Position numbers and translations under genes: made by a program. A DNA stretch of 64,000 bases from a candidate division WOR-3 bacterium (lineage in GTDB: Bacteria > Hydrothermota > Tepidihabitantia > SM23-42), in assembly GCA_027026255.1 (NCBI GenBank), contig JALVOT010000014.1, forward strand, positions 23,986 to 87,985, in the 5' to 3' direction. The notes below the pieces were generated by a model. It was not told the DNA's origin and ran no database searches. It was given only the letters and a program-made list of their open reading frames with translations. Shown piece after piece: positions 24,198 to 35,501 of the stretch. Numbering within the stretch: position 1 is the first letter of the stretch; each line of letters opens with the position of its first letter.

Positions 24198-27100
24198 CCT
24201 TGCACTGATAGTTTTCGTTATTGCAGGGACAGATATCCGAACAGTTGAAGACGGTGTTATAGTATCATTTTCAATGACAAAGGTTGAGGCGGAAAGTCTT
24301 AAAATCCCTGATGCGCGGTGGTTAAATAAGGTCGGTGATCCGGCACTGCCTTGTTTACACTATAAATTCGGTATCCCACAGAATGGTGAGGTTGCGGTTT
24401 CGATACTGGAGAATGATGAGGCGGTGATCGATGGTCAGAAGATTGACCCAGTGGTTGAGTTGGGTATTAAGGAATCGGCACCCCGGGATACAGAATTATT
24501 CCGCAGTGAAGTCTATAAAGAAAATAAGTTTTTCCCTCACAATTTGGTTGTTGTTTCCGAACCGGGATATCTGCGTGATCTCTATACAGTTGATGTGCGG
24601 ATTAATCCGGTCCGTTATAACCCGGTGAAGAACCGGGTGCGTTATTCGAGAAGATTTATTATAAAAATAAAGTTTAAAGGTAAGCCGTTCATTAATGCTC
24701 CTTTTGATACTACATTTGAAAGGGTAATGCGCCATCTGGTTGATAATTATGAGCAGTGCCGTCTCTGGCGTTTGACACCATCACGGAATGGGACAAATCC
24801 ATTTGCCCAGGGAACCTGGTTTAAGATAGCGGTTGAAAAAGAGGGGATTTATCGGATTGGCTATAAAGAGATTAAGAATGCCGGGATCGACCCTGCCCAA
24901 TTTGACCCCAGGACGATGCGGATTTATACGGCAAAATTTGACCTCTTAACACGGAGCGTTCCATTGCCTGATTCACTCGATTCATTGGTTGAAATCCCCT
25001 GTTTTGTTCAGGGTGAATCAGATGGGGTGTTTAATAAAGATGACTATCTTGTTTTCTACGGCTATCCAGCAAGCCATTTTATTCCTGATACCTCAATTTC
25101 CTGGTTTTATAATGGATATGCAAAAAAGAATATCTACTGGTTTACATTTGGTGGAAAATATGGTAAGAGGATGTCGAGGGTAGATGCCCGTTATAATGGA
25201 GACCCTGTCGATACCCTGGTACAGGAGGTGCTGCATTTTGAAGAGGATAATGGTAATCCGACGCGTTCTGGCATAAACTGGTACTGGCAGGAGGTTTCCC
25301 CGGGTGAGGGTCAGGGCGCTGAAACCTCGGTTAATATTGAACATCCCTTTGCAGCGGGAGATGCCCGTATCAGCGCCAGCCTTTTCGATTCAATCGGGGT
25401 GAGCGGTCCATTTATTTATCGTTTTTCCGTAAATGATAATATAGCTTATAATGAGACCTTATCGCTCAGTTCTCACTGGTCATTTCCTCCCCAGTATTTT
25501 AATATCGAGACATCCTTAAAAGGTGATTCCTCTATTTTTAAGATTGAACTCATCCGACCCCAGGGGGTGGAAGGCAAGATGCTTGCCTGGTTTAATGCCC
25601 TTGATATTCTTTATCAGCGCCTCACCCGATTGACAGAACCTTTCCATGCATATTTTTCGGCACCCGAAGATTACTCTATCAAATGTGATGATGCAGAAGA
25701 ACCGGTTTTTGTCTTTGATATTTCTGATATACAAAATCCCAGGATGTTGTATAATTTAAAGCTGGATAATGGAAAACTTTATCTTTCAGGAACCTGCGAT
25801 TCTTTTCAGCTGCTCTATTTTTGTAAACTTGGTTCGACTGAACCGGTTAAATTGATTCCCGCCAAACCGGGAAAATTACGCGAGCATTCTTCTGGATGCC
25901 AGTATCTTATAATCACCCATCCGAAATTTTCTAAGGCGATAATGCCCCTTGTGCACTACCGCAGCCAGGACTATACAGTTAGGGTGGTGAATATTTATGA
26001 AATCTATGATGATTTTTCATACGGAAAGTTTGACCCCTTAGCGATTAAGCATTTCTTTTATTATGCCCTTAATAACTGGGATGTCTTTCCGAGTTTTGTG
26101 CTTTTGGTGGGTGACGGCACATACGATTATAAGAATAATCTTCATAAAGAAAATCCTCCCAATTATATTCCGATGTATGAAACAGGGAGTCTTTTAATCG
26201 GTAATCCCGGAATTCCTCCGAATACAATTTATGAAGGTGAATATACCGATTTTGGAGGCGGCGAGTCAGTTGCCTCAGGCAGAATCACGGTCAGGACCAA
26301 TGCCGAGGTCAGGGACTTTATTGATAAGTTAATTACCTATGAGACGAAAAATATTGACGGTATCTGGAATCAAAGGATTATCCTTGCCGGTGATGATGAG
26401 TATGCGGGAAACCACTGGGAAGGACCGGATATGCACTGTGGCGCCTGTGAGGCTATATTCAGGAATGTCCCGGATTCTCTTTATAACTTCGCCAAGATTT
26501 ATATGATAAGTTATCCGCCGTTTCCACCCTACGGAGGTCAGGTCAATAAGGTGAATGCCCGCAAGGCATTTATTCGGGAATTGAATAAGGGCGGTTTTGC
26601 CGGAGTCTATTTCGGCCATGGCAATACTCATCAGCTTGCCCATGAAGGGCTCTTCTATGATATTTATATTCCCGAAATAAATAATGGGAGACGATGTTAT
26701 TTCTTTTATTTTGGTTCCTGCACCGTAGGAAGGTTTGATGATTCGGATTATGAATGTATCGGTGAGGAATTTGTGCGGATTAAAGACGGCGCAATCGGCA
26801 CGATGGCATCAACCGGTGGCACCTATGTGCAGGGTAATGTGGCTATCGGTAATACTCTTTTTAGACTGATGACCTCACCGGATAGTGATTTGACAATGGG
26901 CGAGTGTTTTCGCATCGCCAAGGTGTATGGAAGCCCGTCATATCTTCTTATCGGTGAGCCGGCAACGAGATTAAGAAAAATAAAGACAAAAATGACATTG
27001 ACTGCCTTGAGTGATTCATTGAAGCCCCTTCAAAGGTTGAAAGCGGTCGGGTCTGTCCCTTATTATTATCTTGACGCCTTTGTTCGTGATACTACACATA

Positions 27101-28023
27101 TCGAGAAGTTTGATGCTACAACCCAGGATAAGATTAGTGGTCATGTCTATCGGTTGGTCCAGACCGGACGGAATGCCTGGAAACCGTTTGATTATCAAAT
27201 AGATGGTAAAGAGATATATTCAGGATTCTGGGATGATGATACTGCGAAGATGATTGTTCCGCAGGTATCTACGGTAAACCGCCCGGTAGTAAAATTGACC
27301 TATTGCGCCAATCGCAAATCTGGTTCGCTCGATTCAATTCTGATTTATGGGGTGGCATCACCTTCATCTGATGATCAGGGACCGCAACTAAAACTTTATG
27401 ATCAGGCAAGGGTTTTACAGAATGGGGATTGGGTGGATAAGGATTTTATCCTTACCGGTCGGGTTGCTGATATGAGCGGCATTAATCTGCTAAATTCAGT
27501 TGAGGACATCAATCGCGGTTTTTATCTCTATATAAATAATGATATCGATAATAGGATTGATTTAAGAGACTATTTTACCTATGATAAGAATTCCTATACA
27601 GATGGAACATTTAATGTGAAGATTAGCCTGCCTAATCCGGTTGATACAATTAAGATAAATGTTGCGGATAATAATTATAATCAGACATATCAGAAACTTA
27701 TATTAAATACCGATATTTATGAATCGGTTAAGATTTCTAATTTTCTGGTCTATCCAAATCCGATTACAAATGACGCCGGGGTGTGGTTTACATTTAACCT
27801 TTCAAGTTCAGCCCTGGTTAATTTAAAGGTCTTTACAATTGCAGGACGACTTGTAAAGACAATCGATGATTTCTACTGTCGAGCCGGTTATAATCAGAAA
27901 TTCTGGGATGGTCTTGATGATTCGGGTCAGCCTCTTGCTAATGGAGTTTATCTGGTCAGGGCATATTGTGAGAAGGCTAACGCCCGGACTGAAGTGATTG
28001 AAAAATTTATTATCGCCCGATAA
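24190..28023 (+). CDS. Gingipain-like cysteine peptidase (family C25) with T9SS-type C-terminal sorting domain
   Basis: 1277 aa; C25 catalytic dyad context [10 protein letters not shown]...[15 protein letters not shown]; C-terminal about 80 aa ([20 protein letters not shown]...[10 protein letters not shown]) resembles the T9SS CTD beta-sandwich. Confidence 0.7.
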   Translation: MIDLALIVFVIAGTDIRTVEDGVIVSFSMTKVEAESLKIPDARWLNKVGDPALPCLHYKFGIPQNGEVAVSILENDEAVIDGQKIDPVVELGIKESAPRDTELFRSEVYKENKFFPHNLVVVSEPGYLRDLYTVDVRINPVRYNPVKNRVRYSRRFIIKIKFKGKPFINAPFDTTFERVMRHLVDNYEQCRLWRLTPSRNGTNPFAQGTWFKIAVEKEGIYRIGYKEIKNAGIDPAQFDPRTMRIYTAKFDLLTRSVPLPDSLDSLVEIPCFVQGESDGVFNKDDYLVFYGYPASHFIPDTSISWFYNGYAKKNIYWFTFGGKYGKRMSRVDARYNGDPVDTLVQEVLHFEEDNGNPTRSGINWYWQEVSPGEGQGAETSVNIEHPFAAGDARISASLFDSIGVSGPFIYRFSVNDNIAYNETLSLSSHWSFPPQYFNIETSLKGDSSIFKIELIRPQGVEGKMLAWFNALDILYQRLTRLTEPFHAYFSAPEDYSIKCDDAEEPVFVFDISDIQNPRMLYNLKLDNGKLYLSGTCDSFQLLYFCKLGSTEPVKLIPAKPGKLREHSSGCQYLIITHPKFSKAIMPLVHYRSQDYTVRVVNIYEIYDDFSYGKFDPLAIKHFFYYALNNWDVFPSFVLLVGDGTYDYKNNLHKENPPNYIPMYETGSLLIGNPGIPPNTIYEGEYTDFGGGESVASGRITVRTNAEVRDFIDKLITYETKNIDGIWNQRIILAGDDEYAGNHWEGPDMHCGACEAIFRNVPDSLYNFAKIYMISYPPFPPYGGQVNKVNARKAFIRELNKGGFAGVYFGHGNTHQLAHEGLFYDIYIPEINNGRRCYFFYFGSCTVGRFDDSDYECIGEEFVRIKDGAIGTMASTGGTYVQGNVAIGNTLFRLMTSPDSDLTMGECFRIAKVYGSPSYLLIGEPATRLRKIKTKMTLTALSDSLKPLQRLKAVGSVPYYYLDAFVRDTTHIEKFDATTQDKISGHVYRLVQTGRNAWKPFDYQIDGKEIYSGFWDDDTAKMIVPQVSTVNRPVVKLTYCANRKSGSLDSILIYGVASPSSDDQGPQLKLYDQARVLQNGDWVDKDFILTGRVADMSGINLLNSVEDINRGFYLYINNDIDNRIDLRDYFTYDKNSYTDGTFNVKISLPNPVDTIKINVADNNYNQTYQKLILNTDIYESVKISNFLVYPNPITNDAGVWFTFNLSSSALVNLKVFTIAGRLVKTIDDFYCRAGYNQKFWDGLDDSGQPLANGVYLVRAYCEKANARTEVIEKFIIAR

Positions 28024-28045
28024 TTTTACTGTAAGGGAGTGAAAG

Positions 28046-28513
28046 ATGGAAAAATTGATCGACCGGGTGGAGTTCAACACCCGGGTGGCAAAGGTTACAT
28101 TGCAGAAGGTTACAGACAAACCCGGTATTGCTGCGGAGATATTTTCTCTGCTGGGTAAACATGGCATAAATGTTGAACTGATTTCGAGTTGCTCGGTAGG
28201 CCAAAAGAAGTCTGATATTTCACTGGCAGTGCTGGAAGATGACCTTGATGAGGTGGTGAGAATTCTAAAGAAATTTAAAGAAAAGTTTGGTATGAAGGGG
28301 ATTTTGGTCGATAAAGATGTTGGAATGATATCGGTCTTTGGTGAAAATCTTTCCCGGCAACCGAATGTTGCCTCTTATATCTTCCATATGATTTCTGAGG
28401 AGGGTATTAATATTAAGATGATTAATGCCTCAATGCTGGTTATGACCATTGTAATTGATGAGAAGAGGATTATGGATATAGTCGCCTCTTTAAGGGCCGA
28501 ATTTATGATTTGA
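28046..28513 (+). CDS. Tandem ACT-domain protein
   Basis: 155 aa; two ACT-like repeats (VTDKPGIAAEIFSLLGKHGINVELI; QPNVASYIFHMISEEGINIKMI); AGGGAG SD. Confidence 0.55.
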   Translation: MEKLIDRVEFNTRVAKVTLQKVTDKPGIAAEIFSLLGKHGINVELISSCSVGQKKSDISLAVLEDDLDEVVRILKKFKEKFGMKGILVDKDVGMISVFGENLSRQPNVASYIFHMISEEGINIKMINASMLVMTIVIDEKRIMDIVASLRAEFMI

Positions 28514-28547
28514 TTATGATTATAAAAAAATTTAAAGGAGGTAAGGT

Positions 28548-28730
28548 ATGAGGATGTTGAAATATTTCAGCCTTCTGGTTGCCGTGGTCTGTATGGGACT
28601 GGCCATTACTGCACGATTGTTTTTACCCGGCAAGATATTATTCGGCTTGGCTGCCCTCAGCTATCTCAGGTTAACAATGATAATGCTGCTTTTCGCCCTG
28701 ACCTTTCATTTCTTATTTTCGGAAAGATAG
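28548..28730 (+). CDS. Small membrane protein (60 aa)
   Basis: Strong SD (AAAGGAGGT) 7 nt upstream; two hydrophobic helices. Confidence 0.4.
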   Translation: MRMLKYFSLLVAVVCMGLAITARLFLPGKILFGLAALSYLRLTMIMLLFALTFHFLFSER

Positions 28731-28733
28731 CAT

Positions 28734-29048
28734 TTAAACGGTCGGGGGTTGAGATTTTAAAGCACGGGTATTCTCTTCAATCGCCAGGATTACCAGGATC
28801 AGGTCGGCACCGGCGAGTAGACTGATAAACCAGATGGCACCGATAATCAAAACATAAAAGGCCATACCAACCGCACTGATTGAGCCCAATGACGGCATAT
28901 TCCCATAACGAGAACCAAGTCCGGCTAATGCTGCCCCGCCAACGAGCATCGCCAGAAATCCGATAACCGTGAATACGGCTACAATCCAGGCGATTATTTT
29001 TAATACAATACTTATGATTCTTAATGCCCTGAATTTGTTGTCCATCAT
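28734..29048 (-). CDS. Small membrane protein (104 aa, 3 TM)
   Basis: Hydrophobic ORF immediately 3' of mfd. Confidence 0.45.
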   Translation of the reverse strand: MMDNKFRALRIISIVLKIIAWIVAVFTVIGFLAMLVGGAALAGLGSRYGNMPSLGSISAVGMAFYVLIIGAIWFISLLAGADLILVILAIEENTRALKSQPPTV

Positions 29049-29056
29049 ACCTCCTT

Positions 29057-31873
29057 TTATGTGATTATATTTATAAAATCGGTTGTGTCAATGTGGTCGG
29101 AAAAGTGGAAGAGGAGTTTATCGCCTTTTTGGGTAACTTCAGTTGCCCCAAGTTCTCTTGCCCGCAGTCTTATGCGTGCGATCAAAAATAAGTTTTCTAC
29201 AGTTTTCGGGAATTTACCGAAGCGGTCAATCAATTCTTCTTTTATTGAATTAATCTCAAATCGGGATTCGGCATCAAGTAATCTTTTATAAAGGGCGATC
29301 CTTTCATAGGGGTTCTTTATATAATCTGAAGGAAAGAAGGCATCAATCCTGAGATTGAGGATGGGCTCGGCCGGGGTTGGAATGCCTTTGAGGCTGTGCA
29401 CCGCCTCGGTAAGCATTTTTATGTAGTGATGATACCCGATTGCCGATACACAGCCGGACTGCTCTTTGCCTAAGAGATTTCCAATGCCCCTTATTTCCAT
29501 ATCCCTTAGTGCCAGTCTGAAGCCGGAACCCAGGGATGAATATGTAACAAGTGCCGAAAGGCGTTTGTGTGCCTCATCAGAGATCGATTGATTTGAGGGG
29601 ATGATAAAATAGGCATATGCCTGTTTATCACCGCGACCGACCCGACCCCTTAATTGGTGAAGGTCAGCAAGGCCAAATTTATGTGCTTCATCAATGATAA
29701 TTGTATTAACCCGGGGCATATCCAATCCTGATTCAACGATTGCGGTTGAAAGGAGAAGGTCATATTTGCCGCTGAGAAACTCCATAATTCTCTTTGTGAC
29801 AACCTCTTCTTTCATTCGGCCGTGGAGAAGGCAGATTCTCAATCCGGGGAGAATCTTTAAAAGCCTCTTTCTTGTCGATTCAATGGTCTGAATCCGATTG
29901 TGCACATAAAAACATTGACCTCCCCGGGCGATTTCAAATTCTATAATCTTTTTAATCTCTTCTTGTTCAAAAAAGATGACCCGGGTGATGATATCCTGTC
30001 TGCCCGGCGGCGGGGTATAGATATTAGAGATTCCCCGTATCCCGGTGAGTGCCATATAAAGGGTGCGGGGAATCGGTGTCGCTGATAGATAAAGGACATC
30101 GAGGTTCGGAATCAAATGTTTTAGTCGTTCTTTCTGCCGCACGCCAAAACGCTGTTCCTCGTCGATGATGAGCAGGCCAAGGTCTTTGAATTTTATATCG
30201 GATTGGAGCAGACGGTGGGTTCCAATGATGATATCAATCGTGCCCCGGGCAAGTTCTTTGATTATCTTTATCTGTTCTTTTTTCTTATTAAGCCGAGAGA
30301 GCATTGCCACCTTTACCGGAAATTGTTCTAATCTTTTCTTAAATGTATTGTAGTGCTGGAGCGCAAGGATTGTTGTTGGACAGATTAAGGCAGATTGTTT
30401 TCCATCAAGGGCAGCCTTGAACGATGCACGCAGGGCGATTTCAGTCTTACCATATCCAACATCGCCACATATCAAACGGTCGGCAGGATGTGCTGATTCC
30501 ATATCCCTTTTTACATCATTTATTGCTTGAAGCTGGTCCGGGGTCTCTTCATAGGGAAAAGAGATTTCGAGTTCTTTCATTTCAAAGGTATCTTTACTAA
30601 AGGCAAATCCTTTTTCTTTACTGCGGCGTGCATAGAGTTTTAATAATTCAATTGCAAACCTCTCGGTTGCTTTTTTTACTTTATTTTTTGTCTTTGCCCA
30701 GACACTGCTGCCCAGGCGTGAAAGTTTTGGTGGCCGATTATCCGGGGTGATGTATCTTTCCAGTAGATTCAGCTTTTCCACGGGTAGATAGACGCGGTCG
30801 GTTCCTGCATAATTAATCTGTAGACATTCAATCCTTCGGCCTTCAATTTCCAGCACGGTTAACCCTTTGAACTGACCAATCCCATATTCAGAGTGAACCA
30901 CATAATCTCCAGCCCGCAACCCCAGAAGGTCATCAATAAATGGTCCTTTATAAATTTTCTTTCTTCTTTTTAAGGGACCAAATATATCGGTTTCACTGAG
31001 ATATACAGTTCTGTTTTTAATGTCGATAAAACCGTTTTTTATAGGCCGGGGAATGATTTCGGTTTCTTTAAACAGGGTGTGCAATTTTTCTGCCAGGGAA
31101 GCCGGCACCAGAAATTTGAATTGATAGTTTCCCTTTTTTATGTCGTTATGTAATGCACTCAAATCACCATAATATTTGCGTGCTGAAGAGAGCTGGTATT
31201 CAATTCCTGTCTGGCTGGTGAATATGATTGCGGGTAAGGGCAGGTCGATGTCGTTCTCACTGACAAATATACCTCTGTTTCTAATTAATTCAAGGAGTGG
31301 TTCGGGTTTATCAAAAAGCTCGACAATTTTTATTTCAGCATTCTTGATGGTCTGGACCGAGCGCTGGGTCTGGATATCAAATTTTCTTAGGGAGATGATT
31401 TTCTCACCGAAAAATTCTATTCTCAGGGGAATATTTTCCGATTCATAGATGTCGATAATTCCACCGCGCCGGGCGAATTCATTTTCCTCTTCAACATTTT
31501 CAACCCGGTTGAATCCTGTTTCAATGAGTGCCCTTTCAAACTTTTCGACATCAAGCTCTTTGTTCAGGTAAATTTTTAATTTTTTCTTTATTCTTATGTT
31601 TTCTTTCAGGATTTCTGGAGTGATTATGATTAAATCTGAGGGTAGATAAAAGGGATGTTCTCTGGTAATTAATCCCACATTTCGGGTTAGCCGTTTGCAT
31701 TCGCAGAAATAGTCAAGTGCATCTTTATCACCGGATACGAAGATAACCGGTGTAATATTTCTTTGGAGTTCAAGTATGAAAAGGGTTTTTGCTGAGCCGA
31801 AGAGCCCGGAAACATAAATTTTTTTTTCCGTCTTTAACCGATTGATTATATTATTTATACCGAAATCTAACAT
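29057..31873 (-). CDS. mfd: Transcription-repair coupling factor Mfd (short form)
   Basis: 938 aa; CarD/TRCF RNAP-interacting domain (YVVHSEYGIGQFKGL), SF2 helicase motifs (GDVGYGKTE, DEEQRFGV), TRG region. Confidence 0.85.
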   Translation of the reverse strand: MLDFGINNIINRLKTEKKIYVSGLFGSAKTLFILELQRNITPVIFVSGDKDALDYFCECKRLTRNVGLITREHPFYLPSDLIIITPEILKENIRIKKKLKIYLNKELDVEKFERALIETGFNRVENVEEENEFARRGGIIDIYESENIPLRIEFFGEKIISLRKFDIQTQRSVQTIKNAEIKIVELFDKPEPLLELIRNRGIFVSENDIDLPLPAIIFTSQTGIEYQLSSARKYYGDLSALHNDIKKGNYQFKFLVPASLAEKLHTLFKETEIIPRPIKNGFIDIKNRTVYLSETDIFGPLKRRKKIYKGPFIDDLLGLRAGDYVVHSEYGIGQFKGLTVLEIEGRRIECLQINYAGTDRVYLPVEKLNLLERYITPDNRPPKLSRLGSSVWAKTKNKVKKATERFAIELLKLYARRSKEKGFAFSKDTFEMKELEISFPYEETPDQLQAINDVKRDMESAHPADRLICGDVGYGKTEIALRASFKAALDGKQSALICPTTILALQHYNTFKKRLEQFPVKVAMLSRLNKKKEQIKIIKELARGTIDIIIGTHRLLQSDIKFKDLGLLIIDEEQRFGVRQKERLKHLIPNLDVLYLSATPIPRTLYMALTGIRGISNIYTPPPGRQDIITRVIFFEQEEIKKIIEFEIARGGQCFYVHNRIQTIESTRKRLLKILPGLRICLLHGRMKEEVVTKRIMEFLSGKYDLLLSTAIVESGLDMPRVNTIIIDEAHKFGLADLHQLRGRVGRGDKQAYAYFIIPSNQSISDEAHKRLSALVTYSSLGSGFRLALRDMEIRGIGNLLGKEQSGCVSAIGYHHYIKMLTEAVHSLKGIPTPAEPILNLRIDAFFPSDYIKNPYERIALYKRLLDAESRFEINSIKEELIDRFGKFPKTVENLFLIARIRLRARELGATEVTQKGDKLLFHFSDHIDTTDFINIIT

Positions 31874-31893
31874 CAGGGGCTTGAGAATATATT

Positions 31894-32799
31894 TTAATTA
31901 TTTTTTTTGTCTGCGATTGCCACACCAAGGGCGATTGAATTTAATTTTGCCTGAGGCTTGTCAGCCCGCGACAGCATCACCACCGGCTTCTGGGCACCCA
32001 TTACGATTCCTCCGGGGATTGCCCGGGCAAAGTAGATTAAACCTTTTGCCCATATATTTGCTGCGGCAATATTCGGCATTAAAATAAAATCAACATCACC
32101 GGCAACCCGGCTCGGGATCTTTTTATGTTCGGCAGCCGGTTTGGAGATTGCGACATCAAAACCAAATGGTCCTTCAATAATACAATTCGGAATATGGCCG
32201 GCTTTATTTAATTTTACAATCTCAACGGCATCTATGGTTTCAGGCATATCCGGATGAATACTCTCGCTGGCCGCGACCAGGGCAATTTTGGGCATTTTGA
32301 TATGCAGGGCATTGAGAAGCTGAAGACCATTTTTGATTATCTCTATCCTCAGTTCAAGATTAAGTTTTGGATTCATTCCGCCATCCGACATAAATATGAG
32401 CTTATGATAGCCGGGGATTTCAAGGACCGCAATATGACTCAGAATCCGACCGGTGCGCAGTCCCCATTCTTTATTCAGCACACCTTTAAGAAATGTTGAT
32501 GTTGGTAGCATTCCTTTCATCAAAATTCCGTTTCTTGCCCTGACAATTGCCGTTCCCGTTTTCATCGCCTCATTTTCTTCAGCGACATCAATGATTTCTA
32601 ATGAAGTTGAATCTAAGTGGACCGAATCAGCACATTTGAGCACTTCATCTTTTTTGTCAACGAGGATTGGATTAATCAGGTTTAATTCATAAGCCAGTCT
32701 GATGCCTTCGAGGACAACCGGGTCTGCCGCTTTTACAACAACACAATTTATCTTTCCTTTTTTTCGGGTAAAACTAATCAGCTCAGAAAATGATTTCAT
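31894..32799 (-). CDS. Phosphate butyryl/acetyltransferase family protein
   Basis: 301 aa; Pta/Ptb-fold similarity along the full length. Confidence 0.7.
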   Translation of the reverse strand: MKSFSELISFTRKKGKINCVVVKAADPVVLEGIRLAYELNLINPILVDKKDEVLKCADSVHLDSTSLEIIDVAEENEAMKTGTAIVRARNGILMKGMLPTSTFLKGVLNKEWGLRTGRILSHIAVLEIPGYHKLIFMSDGGMNPKLNLELRIEIIKNGLQLLNALHIKMPKIALVAASESIHPDMPETIDAVEIVKLNKAGHIPNCIIEGPFGFDVAISKPAAEHKKIPSRVAGDVDFILMPNIAAANIWAKGLIYFARAIPGGIVMGAQKPVVMLSRADKPQAKLNSIALGVAIADKKNN

Positions 32800-32800
32800 T

Positions 32801-33886
32801 CTAAATAATTTCTTTCAAAACCCTGATTACTCTTTCGTTCTGTTGCGGTGTACCGATTGTAATCCTTAGGTGATGGGAAAGACCATATTCATAGATGGTT
32901 CGGAGAATAACACCCCTTTTCTGAGCCAGATTGAATATCTCCATCGCTTCCTTAGAAAATTCAACCATAATGAAGTTTCCGTAGGTAGGTACATATTCTA
33001 AACCCAATTTCTTTAATTCTTTATAAAAAAATTTCTTGCCTTCTTCGTTATTGGCGATACTTTTTTTTACAAAATCCTTATCATCTAATGCCGCTGATGC
33101 AGCAGCCTGACCGGCGCGATTGACATTGAAGGGAAGCCTGACCTTCATCAATGCGGTGATGATATCCGGACTGGAAAATCCATATCCAATCCTGAGACCG
33201 GCCAGACCGTAAATCTTGGAGAATGTATGGAGTGCGATCAGATTACTGTGTTTCAATAGATAATTCGGTGCCTTAGGATAGAATTCATCTTCAATATACT
33301 CATTGTATGCTTCATCAATGACCAGTATAACATGGTCCGGAATCTTTTTGATGAATTGGTCAAATTGCTCTTTTGTGATTATGGTGCCGGTGGGATTGAT
33401 CGGGTTATCAATAATTATGATTTTTGTCTTTGTATTAATCGCCTGAGTTATTTTTTCAATATTGTGTTTGAAGTCCACCAGGGGTATTGATACCATTTTG
33501 CCGCCGAATATCTGACAGGCGATTTTGTACATAATAAACGAGGGCTCGCTCATTATAACTTCATCTCCGGGGTTCACATATGCCTTAAAGATAAGTTCAA
33601 TCAGTTCAACGGAGCCGTTGCCGATGATGATTTGATTGATAGGAATTTTATATTTTGTGCTGAGTCGATGCTTCAGATGAAAACAATTATCATCCGGGTA
33701 AATGTTCAATTTATTGAGACTCTTTTTTAAGGCCGCGACCGCCGTTGGTGGAGGGCCCAGGGGATTTTCATTTGATGCAAGTTTCAGAATTTCACCGGTC
33801 AGACCCTGTTCACGGGCTATATCTTCAATCGCCTTACCGGGTTTGTAGGGTTTTATATTTTTAACAAAATTTCTCAGTTCAATCAT
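32801..33886 (-). CDS. hisC: Histidinol-phosphate aminotransferase (class II PLP aminotransferase)
   Basis: 361 aa; NENPLGPPP, IIDNPINPTG, PLP-lysine context FSKIYGLAGLRIGY. Confidence 0.75.
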   Translation of the reverse strand: MIELRNFVKNIKPYKPGKAIEDIAREQGLTGEILKLASNENPLGPPPTAVAALKKSLNKLNIYPDDNCFHLKHRLSTKYKIPINQIIIGNGSVELIELIFKAYVNPGDEVIMSEPSFIMYKIACQIFGGKMVSIPLVDFKHNIEKITQAINTKTKIIIIDNPINPTGTIITKEQFDQFIKKIPDHVILVIDEAYNEYIEDEFYPKAPNYLLKHSNLIALHTFSKIYGLAGLRIGYGFSSPDIITALMKVRLPFNVNRAGQAAASAALDDKDFVKKSIANNEEGKKFFYKELKKLGLEYVPTYGNFIMVEFSKEAMEIFNLAQKRGVILRTIYEYGLSHHLRITIGTPQQNERVIRVLKEII

Positions 33887-33900
33887 ATTAACCTCATCAT

Positions 33901-33928
33901 ATTATACCCAGAATTTTAAAAAATACAA
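33901..33928 (-). promoter_or_regulatory. sigma70-type promoter (TTGTAT, 16 bp, TATAAT) with 14-nt leader (GAGGT SD) for hisC/pta-like/mfd
   Basis: -35 at 33923-33928, -10 at 33901-33906 on the minus strand. Confidence 0.45.
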
Positions 33929-34055
33929 TATTTTTCTATGTTGTCCGTCAACGGTTGATTTTTTAGCTGCTTAATCATTTCCACGGTTTATTTGAATCTG
34001 TGATTATTTTATCCTGCAATAAAATGCCTTTGATGGATGAGTAACTGCCGGATGA

Positions 34056-34083
34056 TTGACTTTGTCCGGATTTTGTCTATAAT
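34056..34083 (+). promoter_or_regulatory. Leaderless sigma70-type promoter (TTGACT, 16 bp, TATAAT, 6 nt to ATG 34090)
   Basis: Boxes read directly. Confidence 0.55.
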
Positions 34084-34089
34084 AAGAAT

Positions 34090-34320
34090 ATGCTGAAGCG
34101 TGTTTATGTTTCTTTAGATGAATTTACTGCGATAACACTTAAGACAATGCTTGAGGGGAAAGGTATTAAGGCGATGGTTCGCAGGTTTGAGACAACCTGG
34201 CTTAACGGTTTACCGAAATTTATGGAAGGCGGCTGGGGAGAAATTTTGGTTCCGGAAGATGATAAAGAACTGGCTGAAAGATATATTCAGGAATTTCTCA
34301 AAGACAGCAATCAGGATTAA
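34090..34320 (+). CDS. DUF2007-like small protein
   Basis: 76 aa; family assignment from overall pattern only. Confidence 0.4.
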   Translation: MLKRVYVSLDEFTAITLKTMLEGKGIKAMVRRFETTWLNGLPKFMEGGWGEILVPEDDKELAERYIQEFLKDSNQD

Positions 34321-34885
34321 ATTTTTTACCAAATTTATTGTAAGAAACGATTTCTTTGAGTTTTTTGCGCGGTCGGGCATTAATTCCTCCGATACCTCTT
34401 TTGTTTGATGGTTCTGCAGGATATCCCAGTGCCAGAAGCACTGCAATACGATAACGACGCGGAATATCGAGCAGTTTTTTTATGTAGGGTTCATTAAACC
34501 AACCCACAAAGCAGGTTCCAATACCAAGTTCGGTTGCCGCCATAACCATATGGGTCATCGCGATGGAAATGTCAATCAGATGATTTTCGTGTTTGAATAT
34601 CTGGGCGATATAATGGGTCAGTGCCTTTTGATAACAGCCCACGATTACCAGAGGTGCATCCTTTATCCATTTAATTATACCCCTTGTTCCCGCCGGAACC
34701 CTATCCGGAATCTTGTTGATAATCTCTTTATCGTCAATTACTACAAAATGCCAGGCCTGACGATTACTTGATGATGGGGCAAGCCTTGCCGCTTCGAGAA
34801 TCTTTAATATCTTATCCGCTTCAATTTTTTGTCGGGAAAATTTTCTGATACTACGACGCCATTCAATTGCTTCAAATACATTCAT
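34298..34885 (-). CDS. Nitroreductase-family flavoprotein
   Basis: 195 aa; nitroreductase-fold motifs (RRSIRKF near N-terminus; GIGTCFVGWF). Confidence 0.7.
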   Translation of the reverse strand: MNVFEAIEWRRSIRKFSRQKIEADKILKILEAARLAPSSSNRQAWHFVVIDDKEIINKIPDRVPAGTRGIIKWIKDAPLVIVGCYQKALTHYIAQIFKHENHLIDISIAMTHMVMAATELGIGTCFVGWFNEPYIKKLLDIPRRYRIAVLLALGYPAEPSNKRGIGGINARPRKKLKEIVSYNKFGKKFNPDCCL

Positions 34886-34916
34886 AAAATATTTTTTGAA
34901 TTTTAATTATTTTAAT

Positions 34917-35501
34917 TTATGTGAGGCCGAACAGTCCGCTGAATCCGAGGAATGCGAGAGAAACAAGGCTGGCGGCAATGAATGCGATTGGATATCCTTT
35001 TAATGATGGGTTTATCGGGGCAAGATCAAGTTGTTCTCTGATTGCAGCAAAGGTGATGATGACCAGGATGAATCCAAGTCCGGTACCGATTGCGAATATA
35101 GTAGCATTGAGGAGATTGAAGTTGTTGTCAATATTTAAAAATGTTACGGCGAGGATTGCACAATTAGTTGTAATTAATGGTAGATAGATACCGAGTGCAT
35201 CATAAAGATTTTTATATGACTTTTTTAAAAACATCTCAACCAGCTGCACTAAAGAGGCGATCGTGAGAATAAAAGTAGCCGTCCTTAAGAATACTAAATT
35301 CAGGGGTAAAAGAATGAGATGAAAGACAATCCAGGTAATCCACGCCGCCAGGGTCATTACAAAGATTACAGCCATTCCCATTCCGGTTGCGGTCTCAACC
35401 GCCGTGGAAACTCCAAAGAATGGACATAATCCAATGAAACGCATCAGTATTATGTTATTTACAAGAAACGCACCGAGAAATATTAACGCAGGATTCTTCA
35501 T
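34917..35501 (-). CDS. rnfA: Rnf electron-transport complex subunit A
   Basis: 194 aa, 6 TM; GLCPFFGVS signature, paralogous to RnfE. Confidence 0.85.
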   Translation of the reverse strand: MKNPALIFLGAFLVNNIILMRFIGLCPFFGVSTAVETATGMGMAVIFVMTLAAWITWIVFHLILLPLNLVFLRTATFILTIASLVQLVEMFLKKSYKNLYDALGIYLPLITTNCAILAVTFLNIDNNFNLLNATIFAIGTGLGFILVIITFAAIREQLDLAPINPSLKGYPIAFIAASLVSLAFLGFSGLFGLT

